From NCBI RefSeq assembly GCF_053078305.1, contig NZ_CP166879.1: a DNA stretch of 64,000 bases; one strand, 5' to 3'. A program made the translations under genes and the position numbers. Under the pieces are notes generated by a model. That model was not told the origin of the DNA. It did no database searches and saw only the letters and a list, made by a program, of their open reading frames with translations. This document shows positions 53,184 through 62,851 of this stretch, piece after piece (the stretch's first letter is position 1; each line of letters starts with the position of its first letter).

Positions 53184-54308
53184 ATGAAGACGAAAAACAC
53201 GCCCAAACTTGCTTATGCCATTCTGAATGCCATCAGCCTGTCCGCAGACGGGGACGGTGACTGGTGTCAGATCATGCCAGCCGGTCGGGTAAAGGCCCGT
53301 GACGGTCGCCCGGAAAAACCGGCTGAAGGCTGGCTGATTAACCGTGCGACCGTTGAGCGCATGGTATCCCGGGTTGTGGCGCTCAATCAGCCGGTAAAAA
53401 TTGACTACAACCACCAGACCCTGATTAAGGGGCATCAGGCACCGGCTGCCGGTTTTGTGATGGCCTCACCGGAGAATTTTCGCTTCAGTGAAGAGCGTGG
53501 CTTCGAGGTGCGCCCGAAGTGGAATCCTCCGGCCCTTGAACATCTGCGTAATAACGAATTCCCCTGGTTTTCACCGGTGATTGGCTATGACGAGAGCACC
53601 GGCGAACCTGTCGAACTTCGGATGCTGGCTATTACCGGTGACCCCGGTCTGACCGGCATGAATCCTGTCGCCGCGCTGTCGGCGGATGACCTTTATAACG
53701 CCTTAAACCCTCCTTTAAAGGATACCTCCATGAATGAGCAATTACGCCAGTTGCTGACGGCGCTCGGTCTGACCGTGGCTGACGGTGACGAATTTACGCC
53801 GGAGCTGGGCACGGCAGCGCTGTCTGCCCTCACCGGGATCAAAACCCGTGCGGATGCACACGACAACCTGAAAACACAGGTTGCCAGCCTGTCGGCAGAG
53901 CTGGAAACCGCAAAAGGCACACCGGCTGGCGGCAGTATTGATCTGACGAAATACGTGCCTGTTGAAACGTATAACGCCCTGCGTACCGAATACGTTGCGC
54001 TGTCGGCGCAGCACGGCAGCACCACGCTGGAGCAGGTGCTGGACAAGGCTGAATCCGAAGGGCGCATCTTCAAAAGCGAACGCGGCTATCTGGAACAACT
54101 GGGCGGGCAGATTGGCGTGGCGGCACTTTCTGCACAGCTTGACGCCCGCCAGCCGGTTGCGGCCCTGACCGGCCTTCAGACCGACACCGTGACCGTGCCG
54201 GATAAAAAGACTGCCACCGCTGTGCTGTCGGCTGAAGATATCGCGGCCGCCAAACTGCTGGGTAAAACCGAAGCCGAGTTCCTGAAAATGAAAGAGGAAA
54301 TGCAATAA
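53184..54308 (+). CDS. Prohead protease/scaffold protein (Mu I / gp32-like)
   Basis: 374 aa; N-terminal protease-like domain, C-terminal alanine-rich helical scaffold-like region; directly precedes major capsid gene. Confidence 0.7.
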   Translation: MKTKNTPKLAYAILNAISLSADGDGDWCQIMPAGRVKARDGRPEKPAEGWLINRATVERMVSRVVALNQPVKIDYNHQTLIKGHQAPAAGFVMASPENFRFSEERGFEVRPKWNPPALEHLRNNEFPWFSPVIGYDESTGEPVELRMLAITGDPGLTGMNPVAALSADDLYNALNPPLKDTSMNEQLRQLLTALGLTVADGDEFTPELGTAALSALTGIKTRADAHDNLKTQVASLSAELETAKGTPAGGSIDLTKYVPVETYNALRTEYVALSAQHGSTTLEQVLDKAESEGRIFKSERGYLEQLGGQIGVAALSAQLDARQPVAALTGLQTDTVTVPDKKTATAVLSAEDIAAAKLLGKTEAEFLKMKEEMQ

Positions 54309-55255
54309 TGCCTACCCCGATTACACCGGCGATGATCACCGCCCTGATGACGGGCTACCGTTCTGATTTTCAGGCCGGGATGTCCATGGCCCCGTCGCAG
54401 TACAAAAAAATTGCGATGACCGTGCCCTCCACATCGAAATCCAACACCTACGGCTGGCTGGGGCATGCGCCTCATTTTCGTGAGTGGATTGGTTCTCGTG
54501 TGATCCAGAAAATGAAAGCGCACGGTTATTCCATTGTAAACAAGACCTGGGAAGATACCGTCCCTGTTAATCGTGATGATTTTGAGGACGATAATCTCGG
54601 TATTTACTCGCCTTTATTTCAGGAGCTTGGTCGTGCCGCTGCTGTTCAGCCGGATGAGCTTGTATTTGCTGCTCTGCGTGATGGTCTGAAAAGTGCGTGT
54701 TACGACGGTCAGAACTTCTTTGATACCGAACACCCCGTCTACCCAAATGTGGATGGTACCGGTGATGTGGCGCTGGTCAGCAACATGTTTGTGGCAAAAA
54801 CCGGCTCTGTCGGTGCACAGGCAGATTACAGCGGACCGGCCTGGTATCTGCTCGACTGCTCCCGTGCAATAAAACCCATCATCTATCAGAGCCGCCGCAA
54901 GGTTGAACTGGTTGCACAGACAAAAATTGATGAAGGTCGCGCATTCACTGATAACGAGTTTGTGTTCGGTGCATCCGTTCGTCACAACGTGGGCTACGGC
55001 TTCTGGCAGATGGCCTACATGATGCAGTCACCGCTGACGCTGGATGCGCTGTGGCATGGCTGGTCCGCCATGCGTGAGTTTACCGCTGACGGTGGCCGCA
55101 AACTCGGCATCAAACCCACCCATATTGTTGTCCCCACCTCGCTGGAAAAACAGGCGGTGCAGCTGCTGGAGCGTGAACTGTTCGCAGACGGAAACGCAAC
55201 CGTCTCTAACGAGATGAAGGGCAAGCTGGAGCTGGTTGTCGCGGATTATCTGTAA
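54308..55255 (+). CDS. Major capsid protein (Mu T / gp34-like)
   Basis: 315 aa; start overlaps scaffold stop. Confidence 0.8.
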   Translation: MPTPITPAMITALMTGYRSDFQAGMSMAPSQYKKIAMTVPSTSKSNTYGWLGHAPHFREWIGSRVIQKMKAHGYSIVNKTWEDTVPVNRDDFEDDNLGIYSPLFQELGRAAAVQPDELVFAALRDGLKSACYDGQNFFDTEHPVYPNVDGTGDVALVSNMFVAKTGSVGAQADYSGPAWYLLDCSRAIKPIIYQSRRKVELVAQTKIDEGRAFTDNEFVFGASVRHNVGYGFWQMAYMMQSPLTLDALWHGWSAMREFTADGGRKLGIKPTHIVVPTSLEKQAVQLLERELFADGNATVSNEMKGKLELVVADYL

Positions 55256-55298
55256 ATGGTGAGCCGGGCTTACGGCCCGGCCCCTGCGGAGGGCAAAT

Positions 55299-55730
55299 AT
55301 GAATGAACATCACACTGTGGCAGCAACAGATGATTCAGGTCTTCAGATCAGTGGTGACAATTCTGTCACGGTGCTGGCAGAAGTGCGTTGCAGTCGTTCG
55401 GCGTTTCGTCGTGCGGGGTTCCTGTTCACGCGTGGACGTCAGCAGGTTGAGGTCACCCCGGAGCAGCTTGCCCGACTGGAGGCGGAGCCATGCCTCACTG
55501 TGCGAATACTACAGACGTCTGCTGATGATGCGGGGAGCGTGGCGGGTGTGGTTCATGCAGTGGCCTGTACAGATTTAGCCGAAGCCGAAGCCGAAGCCGA
55601 AGCCGAAGCCGAAGCCGAAGCCGAAGCCGAAGCCGAAGCCGAAGCCGAAGCCGAAGCCGAAGCCGGACAGGATGCTCCCCGGAAAAAGACCGGTAACAAA
55701 GCGAAACAGGCGAAAAAGGCCCGCGCATGA
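55299..55730 (+). CDS. Head-region protein with (Ala-Glu)14 low-complexity tract
   Basis: 143 aa; contains AEAEAE...(x14) encoded by a perfect GCCGAA repeat; basic lysine-rich C-terminus. Confidence 0.5.
   Translation: MNEHHTVAATDDSGLQISGDNSVTVLAEVRCSRSAFRRAGFLFTRGRQQVEVTPEQLARLEAEPCLTVRILQTSADDAGSVAGVVHAVACTDLAEAEAEAEAEAEAEAEAEAEAEAEAEAEAGQDAPRKKTGNKAKQAKKARA
55578..55661 (+). repeat. Perfect hexanucleotide tandem repeat (GCCGAA) x ~14
   Basis: Read directly from sequence; in-frame inside CDS 55299..55730; coordinates +/- a few bp. Confidence 0.9.
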
Positions 55731-56146
55731 ATTACGCCACTGAAACCGATATGCGGGCGCGTTACCGCGAGGATTTGCTCAGGCCGTTACTGGCTGTGCC
55801 CCGTTCGGATGAGCCGGACACGCGCAAGCTGAACCGGGCGCTGACAGATGCGTCAGCCCTTATCGACAGCTATCTGTCCGCCCGTTACACGCTGCCGCTG
55901 GAGGTTATTCCGGCCGTTCTTGTTCAGCACTGTTGCGCGATTGCCTTTTATTACCTGTGCGATCAGCGAGCCTCCGATCAGGCGCGTGACCGTTACCGTG
56001 AAGCGCTGGCCTGGCTGAAAGATGTCATGAACGGCAATGTGCCGGTCGGTGTGGATACGAACGGTGCGGCCCCTGAATCCGGGGATTTACCACAGGTTCT
56101 GTCTGATGCAGCGGTATTCGGGCGCAACCAGAAGGGCTTCATATGA
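55727..56146 (+). CDS. Head-tail connector/completion protein (Mu gp36-like)
   Basis: 139 aa; position between capsid and sheath genes. Confidence 0.55.
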   Translation: MNYATETDMRARYREDLLRPLLAVPRSDEPDTRKLNRALTDASALIDSYLSARYTLPLEVIPAVLVQHCCAIAFYYLCDQRASDQARDRYREALAWLKDVMNGNVPVGVDTNGAAPESGDLPQVLSDAAVFGRNQKGFI

Positions 56147-56703
56147 TTACGGAAACCGAACAGGCATACATCGCCCGTATCCGTGAGTATTTCGGGAATG
56201 AACTGGTGTCTGTTGACACGCATCCCGGCGACTGGAGCGACAGCGTACTGCGCACCATGCTGATTAACGCCCCGGCGATCTACGTTGCCTGGCTGGGTGC
56301 CGGTGAAGGCCGTACCCGTGGTCGTCTGGTCAGTCACTGGGTGTTCTACGTCATCGGCGACATGCTCAACGGGCGTGAGGCCAGCCGTCCCGGACTGTAT
56401 CAGATTGTGGCCCGGCTGATTGCCGTGCTTAACGGCTTCAGAACAGAAAAAACCTCACCGCTTTACTTTGAAAAGGCGGTCAACGGTTACACCGAAACCC
56501 AGGCGGACAGTGGTGCGGTGATGTATGCGCTTTATTTCTCCTGCGAGGAAATGATCGCGCCACTGACGGATATCAGCTCGCTGGACGACTTCCTGCGTCA
56601 TTACGAAACCTTTGTGGAGCCGCCCGGTACGCCGCCGTTTGAGGCACATATTGATTTGCCGGGGAACACGACAACGGCGGTCGAACCGCCGGAGGAACTG
56701 TAA
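56143..56703 (+). CDS. Tail-head joining protein (Mu gp37-like)
   Basis: 186 aa; start overlaps previous stop. Confidence 0.55.
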   Translation: MITETEQAYIARIREYFGNELVSVDTHPGDWSDSVLRTMLINAPAIYVAWLGAGEGRTRGRLVSHWVFYVIGDMLNGREASRPGLYQIVARLIAVLNGFRTEKTSPLYFEKAVNGYTETQADSGAVMYALYFSCEEMIAPLTDISSLDDFLRHYETFVEPPGTPPFEAHIDLPGNTTTAVEPPEEL

Positions 56704-56949
56704 ATGAAAACCATCTTTATCAAACCCGCGCCGGGACGCCTGATTCGTGATCCCGACACAATGCGCCCGCTGGCACAGGAGGGGGAGGAAAAGCCCTTCA
56801 CGCCGTTCTGGTGTCGGCGTCTTGATGACGGCGATGTCATTCAGGCTGAAAAAGCCGCTGAAGAGGCTCCGGCTGTATCTGCGGATGCAACGACTGCGAC
56901 AGAAAAACCGGTCGCCCAACCGGCATCCGATAAGGAGAAACCGCAATGA
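56704..56949 (+). CDS. Small structural-module protein (Mu gp38-like)
   Basis: 81 aa; acidic Ala/Glu/Lys-rich C-terminus. Confidence 0.45.
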   Translation: MKTIFIKPAPGRLIRDPDTMRPLAQEGEEKPFTPFWCRRLDDGDVIQAEKAAEEAPAVSADATTATEKPVAQPASDKEKPQ

Positions 56950-58448
56950 TTAATTTTGACGGGATCGGTAATGACCGCCGTATACCGCTGATTGAGGTTG
57001 AGTTTAATAACTCCATGGCTGTCACCGGCACCCCGGCACAGCGTCAGTGTGTACTGCTGTTTGGTCAGGCGAGAATGAAAGAGAATGCCGTGGACGGTAC
57101 CGGTGTTCTGGATGTTCCGGTCAGGATCACCCGTGCGTCTCAGGCAACAGAACTCTGGGGGCGCGGCTCCATGATTGCCCTGATGGTGGCGGAATTTATC
57201 GCCATCAATCCTGATGCTGAACTGTATGCCATTGCTCAGGGGAATGGCACCGGACAGGCAACGGCTGCGGCCATGAATCTGACCGGAACGGTCACCCGTG
57301 ACGGGATTGTTTATGCCTGCGTGGGGGGGCGGCGTTATACACTCCCGGCACCAAAAGGTAAGAAAGGCAAAGAACTGACCGACGAGCTGGCCGCGCTGAT
57401 CAATGCCGATCCTGACGCGCCCTTCACGGCCTCCTCTGGTGCAGGAAGTGGTGATAATGGCGCAGGTCTGAAAGGGTCTCTGGGGATCACCGCCCGCTTT
57501 ACCGGTGAATGCTCCGTGCATGATGTGCGCCTGAACTATCACGACGGGGAAGCAACCCCGGAAGGAATACAGGTCGCTATAGCCTATCCGAAACAAAAAG
57601 CGGCTAACCCGGATATCACCCGAAGCGTGGCGGGTATGGGCGATCGCCAGTACAACTATGTCGTCATGCCCTATAAGGATGATGCAAACCTGAAAATCAT
57701 CAGTGATGAGCTTCTGAAACGCTGGGGACCGGCCAAAATGTCTGACGGCGTGCTGTGGCTGGCACATACCGGCACGTTTGGTGAGGTGCAGGCATTCGGG
57801 GCAAAACGCAATGATTTTCTGGCGACCTGCACATCCATTCCCAAAGCCCCTGAACCGGATTACCTCTGGGCCGCGGCGGTCTGCGCCACCTGTGCACCCT
57901 CTCTGGGAGCAGATCCTGCGCGTCCGCTTCAGACGCTGGCGCTTCCGTCACGCATGGCCCCGGCTCCGGCCGATCGTCTGACGCGTGAAGAGCGTAACAG
58001 TCTGCTGTGGGGAGGGATTGCCTCGGTCAGTGTGGCTGCCGGTGATGTGGTTCAGATCGAACGTCAGGTGACCATGTATCGCCAGAACGTGTACGGCGAA
58101 AGTGATCCCAGCTATCTGGATGTGGAAACCATCTACACCCTCTCCTGGCTGCGTTATTCCCTGCGTACTTTTATCACACAACGTTTTCCGCGCCATAAAC
58201 TGGCTGATGACGGGACGCCCGTTCGTGCCGGTCAGAATATCGTGACGCCGGAGATCATGAAGCTTCAGTTAATTTCGCTGGGTGAAGAGTGGGTGGAACT
58301 CGGGCTGGTCGAAAATCTGGACACCTTTAAAAAGAATCTGCTTGTGGAGCGTAATGCGTCAGATCGAAACCGTCTTGACGTGTTATGCACGCCGGATCTG
58401 GTTAACCAGTTCCGCTTCCTGGCAGCACAGATCCGTTTCATTTTGTGA
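56946..58448 (+). CDS. Contractile tail sheath protein (Mu L-like)
   Basis: 500 aa; position directly before tube gene. Confidence 0.8.
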   Translation: MINFDGIGNDRRIPLIEVEFNNSMAVTGTPAQRQCVLLFGQARMKENAVDGTGVLDVPVRITRASQATELWGRGSMIALMVAEFIAINPDAELYAIAQGNGTGQATAAAMNLTGTVTRDGIVYACVGGRRYTLPAPKGKKGKELTDELAALINADPDAPFTASSGAGSGDNGAGLKGSLGITARFTGECSVHDVRLNYHDGEATPEGIQVAIAYPKQKAANPDITRSVAGMGDRQYNYVVMPYKDDANLKIISDELLKRWGPAKMSDGVLWLAHTGTFGEVQAFGAKRNDFLATCTSIPKAPEPDYLWAAAVCATCAPSLGADPARPLQTLALPSRMAPAPADRLTREERNSLLWGGIASVSVAAGDVVQIERQVTMYRQNVYGESDPSYLDVETIYTLSWLRYSLRTFITQRFPRHKLADDGTPVRAGQNIVTPEIMKLQLISLGEEWVELGLVENLDTFKKNLLVERNASDRNRLDVLCTPDLVNQFRFLAAQIRFIL

Positions 58449-58456
58449 GGTAACGC

Positions 58457-58822
58457 ATGAGCGGAAAACAGTATCAGGGCACGGCCACTATCCGTGTGAA
58501 CGGTCAGGAATACGAGACGCTTGAGGGGGCTACATTTTCTCCGTCAGGTTTTGAACGTGAAGTGGTGAAAGGCGCGAAAGTCTATGGTTACCGCCAGAAA
58601 CCACGTGAAGCGACGCTGGACTGCAAATTTCCGGCAGGCGGAGAAGGCTCACCAGCCGCTGATGAAATCAACAACTGGACTGCGGTCACCATCGAGTTTG
58701 TGGCGGATACCGGCGAAGTCCACATGATGACGAAGGCCTGGAGCAGTGAACCGGCCTCGCTTGACGGTGGCGGGGAGATCTCCGTGAAGTTCGCCAGCGC
58801 CTCCAGTACCCGTGTTCAGTGA
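58457..58822 (+). CDS. Tail tube protein (Mu M-like)
   Basis: 121 aa; follows sheath. Confidence 0.75.
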   Translation: MSGKQYQGTATIRVNGQEYETLEGATFSPSGFEREVVKGAKVYGYRQKPREATLDCKFPAGGEGSPAADEINNWTAVTIEFVADTGEVHMMTKAWSSEPASLDGGGEISVKFASASSTRVQ

Positions 58823-59313
58823 TCAGGAAAAATAAAATGACCACACGTAAGAAAAAAACGGCAGTTTCCGATGCCGCCGTGATGGAGGCAATCCGGGAAG
58901 CACTTGAGGGGGCTGATCCACGCACTGCCGGGCTGACAGAGCAACTGGCAAAGGGATATGTGGATCTGCTTGATGGTCTGCCGTTTGGTGAGACCCGTGA
59001 ATATCGTGTCACGTTCCGGGAACTGACTGCGAAAGACAGTATTGACGCAGAAGCAGAAGCCGAGCGCGTGGTGGAGACAAACAATGGCCCGATGCTGATA
59101 GCGTCTCCGTCGTTACGCGGTGTTGCACTGCTGCGCCGTCAGATTGCCGCAGTGGGAGACATTGAGGGTCCGTTGTCACCCCGTCAGATTGGGCGGTTAA
59201 GCGAGCGCGATCTCTCCCGCCTGATGGCAGCGGTCAGCCTGCTGGATACCGCGCTTGCCGGAAAGCTGGCTGCTGACCGGGGGCGATCAGGCGCAGTGTC
59301 GGGATCAGATTGA
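58819..59313 (+). CDS. Putative tail assembly chaperone
   Basis: 164 aa; between tube and tape measure. Confidence 0.5.
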   Translation: MIRKNKMTTRKKKTAVSDAAVMEAIREALEGADPRTAGLTEQLAKGYVDLLDGLPFGETREYRVTFRELTAKDSIDAEAEAERVVETNNGPMLIASPSLRGVALLRRQIAAVGDIEGPLSPRQIGRLSERDLSRLMAAVSLLDTALAGKLAADRGRSGAVSGSD

Positions 59314-59437
59314 AGAAGCGGCAATTATCCTGGGGATGGTGACAAAAAGCGGCCCGGAATGGGCGCTTAACCTCCCCCTGTCGCAACTTTACCGGCACTG
59401 CCGACAGACAGAAAAAATCATCAGAACGAAGCAGTAA
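59255..59437 (+). CDS. Overlapping ORF, possible alternative-frame C-terminal extension of the chaperone
   Basis: 60-aa ORF overlapping the 3' end of 58819..59313 in another frame and ending 3 bp before the tape measure start. Confidence 0.3.
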   Translation: MPESWLLTGGDQAQCRDQIEEAAIILGMVTKSGPEWALNLPLSQLYRHCRQTEKIIRTKQ

Positions 59438-59439
59438 GT

Positions 59440-61515
59440 ATGGCCCGAAATCTCAGAGCATCTCTGATAGTTGATTTGCTCGGCAATATCTCAGCCAAAT
59501 CCCGCCAGTGGTCTCAGGAGCTGGGGGCATTCTCACGCTCCGGCCAGGCGGGGCTGGGTGGTCTGGGAAATGCTGCCCGCCGTGCCGGGCAGGAAACAGA
59601 TGTACTCGGAAGCAGGATGCAGCGCACGCTGGCCGGGGTGCGGGGCAGTATCCGCCATGTCACTTCTGATTTTGACCGTCTTCAGGGCAGTATTACCGGC
59701 ACCATCGGGCGGATCAGCAATCTTTACGGAATGCTGGCCGGTGGTGCTGCTGTATATGGCTTTAACCGGGGATTTATTCGCCCGGCAGCGGAGATGGAAA
59801 CCTATATGATTCGCCTGAACTCCCTTTACAAAGGGGATCGGGCGAAAACGGATGATGTCCGCAGGTGGGCAATACAGAATGCGAAGGAAACCACCTGGGG
59901 GCTGGCTGGCGTCATGCAGGAATATACGTCCAGTCTGGGCTTTGGTATGAGTGACAGGGAGGCCCGAAATTTTGTCACCATGCTTCAGGATCAGGGTGCC
60001 GTGGGCGGCTGGTCACTGTCCGATGCACAGGGGGCATCCCTGCAACTGAAACAGATGTATGCAAGAGGCAGTATTCAGGCGGCGGATGCAAATATTCTTG
60101 CCACCTACGGCATTAATGCCTACCGCGTGCTGGCTGATCGTCTGGGTGTGGACCAGAAAGTGGTCAGAAAACTTGGTGAAAAAGGGCTGCTTGGGCCGGA
60201 CAGTATTCGCCTGTTATTTCAGACGCTGGCGGAACAGGCCAGGGGAGCACAAAAGGACGCAATGAATTCCTGGAGTGGCCTGACGGCCATGATGGGTGAC
60301 GTCTGGGACCAGTTTGCCCGGGATGTGATGGACAGTGGGCCATTTGAAAAACTGAAGGGTAATCTCAGGGGATTTCTTTCATGGGTTGACAGTGCCAAAT
60401 CTGATGGCAGTTACCATTCCCTGGCGGAAAGCACGGCATCAGCCATGAACCAGGGCTTTGAGTATGCCCGTGATGCAGTGACAGGGTTTTATCAGGCGAT
60501 CAGAAAGGTACGCGACACGCTTCAGGCTCTGCGGGATGCGGGCTATGGTGATGCGCTGGATCGCATTGGTCAGGGGGCACAGACTGCCGCGAAATACCTG
60601 CTGTACATGTATCTCGCCACCCGTGCCCTGAAAATGGCGCGGGCTGTCGGAACGGGGATTATACGTCCGGGTGCTGCATTGCTGGGATACGGATTATCAG
60701 CGGCGGCCTTCCTGACTTCACCTTTCCGGCGCTCTCCTCCGGCCGGAACACCACCAGGCACATCTCAGGGACGAGGGCAACGTTTTATGAACTTTCTTAC
60801 CGGGGTAAATCCGGCAGCCGTTCAGCCAGTGCTTGTAACAAACTGGCCCGCAGGAGGACTGTCCGGCACCGGCGCGACCGATACATCCTCAGGCGGACGT
60901 CAGGGACGGGGCCGCAGGAAACGCGGACCGGGGCGCGGAAGACCGGTCACGCCTCCCCTGCCACCGTCCCCTGTACCACCGTCGCCCTCTTCTGGTGGGT
61001 CAGGGTTCTGGGGGCGCATGATGGGGCGCGCCGGTGGGTTGCTTTCGTCTGCCGGTAACCGCATGGGACTGGGGCGTTTCTCCGGCTTTTTCCGCAGTGC
61101 CGGTGGACTGGCTGGACGGCTGGGTGGCGGTGCCCTGTGGGCTGGCGCGATGGCAGCCCCGGTTCTGCTGGATGGCAGCGCCAGTATCACAGACAAGGGA
61201 GAAGCGGTCGGCTCTCTTGCAGGCAGTATTGCCGGTGGTGCGCTGGGGGCGGCAGCCGGACCTGTGGGGATTGCCATTGGTTCTACGGTGGGCAGCTATC
61301 TCGGTAACTATCTGGGGGGGTGGCTGACTGAAGCCTGGCAGAAATTACGGGGCAGTGATAATGAAAGCAGTGGACAGGCGGTACAAAAAGCCTCTGCCCG
61401 TGTGGAGCTGGTTGCCCCGGAAGGGTGGCAGGCTCGCAGTATTGATATTGATGACACGTCCGGTCACGGACTGGATGTGAATGTCTGGAACGGAGGGAAT
61501 TATGGCCTCTGGTGA
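59440..61515 (+). CDS. Tail tape measure protein
   Basis: 691 aa; helical N-terminal part and glycine-rich C-terminal part; position after chaperone. Confidence 0.8.
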   Translation: MARNLRASLIVDLLGNISAKSRQWSQELGAFSRSGQAGLGGLGNAARRAGQETDVLGSRMQRTLAGVRGSIRHVTSDFDRLQGSITGTIGRISNLYGMLAGGAAVYGFNRGFIRPAAEMETYMIRLNSLYKGDRAKTDDVRRWAIQNAKETTWGLAGVMQEYTSSLGFGMSDREARNFVTMLQDQGAVGGWSLSDAQGASLQLKQMYARGSIQAADANILATYGINAYRVLADRLGVDQKVVRKLGEKGLLGPDSIRLLFQTLAEQARGAQKDAMNSWSGLTAMMGDVWDQFARDVMDSGPFEKLKGNLRGFLSWVDSAKSDGSYHSLAESTASAMNQGFEYARDAVTGFYQAIRKVRDTLQALRDAGYGDALDRIGQGAQTAAKYLLYMYLATRALKMARAVGTGIIRPGAALLGYGLSAAAFLTSPFRRSPPAGTPPGTSQGRGQRFMNFLTGVNPAAVQPVLVTNWPAGGLSGTGATDTSSGGRQGRGRRKRGPGRGRPVTPPLPPSPVPPSPSSGGSGFWGRMMGRAGGLLSSAGNRMGLGRFSGFFRSAGGLAGRLGGGALWAGAMAAPVLLDGSASITDKGEAVGSLAGSIAGGALGAAAGPVGIAIGSTVGSYLGNYLGGWLTEAWQKLRGSDNESSGQAVQKASARVELVAPEGWQARSIDIDDTSGHGLDVNVWNGGNYGLW

Positions 61516-62851
61516 CGGTCGTGGTGCGTTCCGTGGTGTGCCGTTCCTCGTCTGGCGTGAGCAGCGCGAACGTGGCGGGCGAAACATTGTCCGTCGGGAA
61601 TATCCGTTACGGGAAACCGGTGGAGCAGACGATCTGGGACCTAAACTGGCTGAATTTACGTTCAGTGTACTTGTGATGGGGGATGATGTTCAGACGCAGC
61701 GAAATCGTCTGCGTGATGCCCTTCGTGCTCCCGGTGCCGGGGAGCTGCTTCACCCGGATTACGGCACGTTAAATGTGCTGATAAACAGCTTTGAAAGTCG
61801 TTATAACGCCGCTGAACAGGGCGTGGTTGAGTTCACCATTAATGTCACGCCGGTAAGTGATGATACCGCACCTGCTGTCACACAGGACACGGCCGCCATT
61901 CTGGAGCAGAAGAGTACCACCGCGCTCGGGCAGGTTTTTGAAACCCTGGAAGCGGGCTGGACGGTGATTTCTGACGGAATGCACGATGTCCAGGCAATGA
62001 CCGAAACCATCAGCGATAAGGTGTCCGCCCTGGAAAATGCCGTTTCCGGCATGGGGATTGTGCAGGATATCAGTGCCTTTACTGCCACGTTCACGGCGCT
62101 GAAAGGGAATGCCACGGCATTACTGACAGCACCTTCCCGCATGGCCTCATCTTTTGCGGGGCTTTTCAGTGCCCTGATCACCCTGCCATCGCTGCCGTCA
62201 CTGTCTTCAGGAGGCCTGAATACCCGGCCCGGTGGCAGTATCGGCCGGACGACATCCGCCGTCTATCAGGGAATGCCGCAACTGTACAGGACATTATCTT
62301 CCCTGCGTTACGTGCTGGATGAGCAGGATAATCCGCAGACTCTCATCGGTCTGACACCGGCAGCACAAAAGAATATTCGTCTGATACGGGCGGTAATGCA
62401 GAGTGCTGCCGTGGTGGCCCAGGCACAGACCGTGGGAAAACTGCTGGATCAGGTTCTCAGTCAGGAAACCCTGCCGGATAGTGACGCAGCCCACCGTACC
62501 TGGCCTGTCTGGCTGGAAAGTTCAGTCGATCTTCAGCGCATTAACCGTGACTTAAGCGAAGCGCTCGAACGGCAGGTGATGACACTGTCCGGGCAGGGGT
62601 ATACCGCCACGGCGCTGACGCTTCGTGATGCCAGACTGGCACTGACAGAGGATCTGAATACACGGGGAGTTCAGCTACCCGGTGCAACAGTAGTGACTGT
62701 ACGTACCACCGAGCCTGCACTGGTGACCCTGTACCGTGCCACCGGGAACAGTACCGGCTGGCAACGTTTTGTGCGCCGTAACGGTATTGTTGATCCGCTG
62801 TTCATTCCCGGAGGCCATTCAGTGGAGGTGATTAGTGAGCAGCAGGGTTGA
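61481..62851 (+). CDS. DNA circularisation protein (Mu N-like)
   Basis: 456 aa; position after tape measure. Confidence 0.65.
   Translation: MSGTEGIMASGDGRGAFRGVPFLVWREQRERGGRNIVRREYPLRETGGADDLGPKLAEFTFSVLVMGDDVQTQRNRLRDALRAPGAGELLHPDYGTLNVLINSFESRYNAAEQGVVEFTINVTPVSDDTAPAVTQDTAAILEQKSTTALGQVFETLEAGWTVISDGMHDVQAMTETISDKVSALENAVSGMGIVQDISAFTATFTALKGNATALLTAPSRMASSFAGLFSALITLPSLPSLSSGGLNTRPGGSIGRTTSAVYQGMPQLYRTLSSLRYVLDEQDNPQTLIGLTPAAQKNIRLIRAVMQSAAVVAQAQTVGKLLDQVLSQETLPDSDAAHRTWPVWLESSVDLQRINRDLSEALERQVMTLSGQGYTATALTLRDARLALTEDLNTRGVQLPGATVVTVRTTEPALVTLYRATGNSTGWQRFVRRNGIVDPLFIPGGHSVEVISEQQG

Noticed and set aside
55578-55661. Possible CRISPR array
   Set aside because: The repeat unit is only 6 bp and perfectly tandem with no spacers; it is a coding microsatellite.
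55495-55728. Minus-strand ORF encoding an (Arg-Leu) repeat protein
   Set aside because: It is the reverse-complement reading of the GCCGAA repeat inside the plus-strand head-region gene; same-strand operon context supports the plus-strand gene.
60900-61277. 125-aa minus-strand Pro/Ala-rich ORF inside the tape measure gene
   Set aside because: Antisense reading of the glycine-rich tape measure segment.
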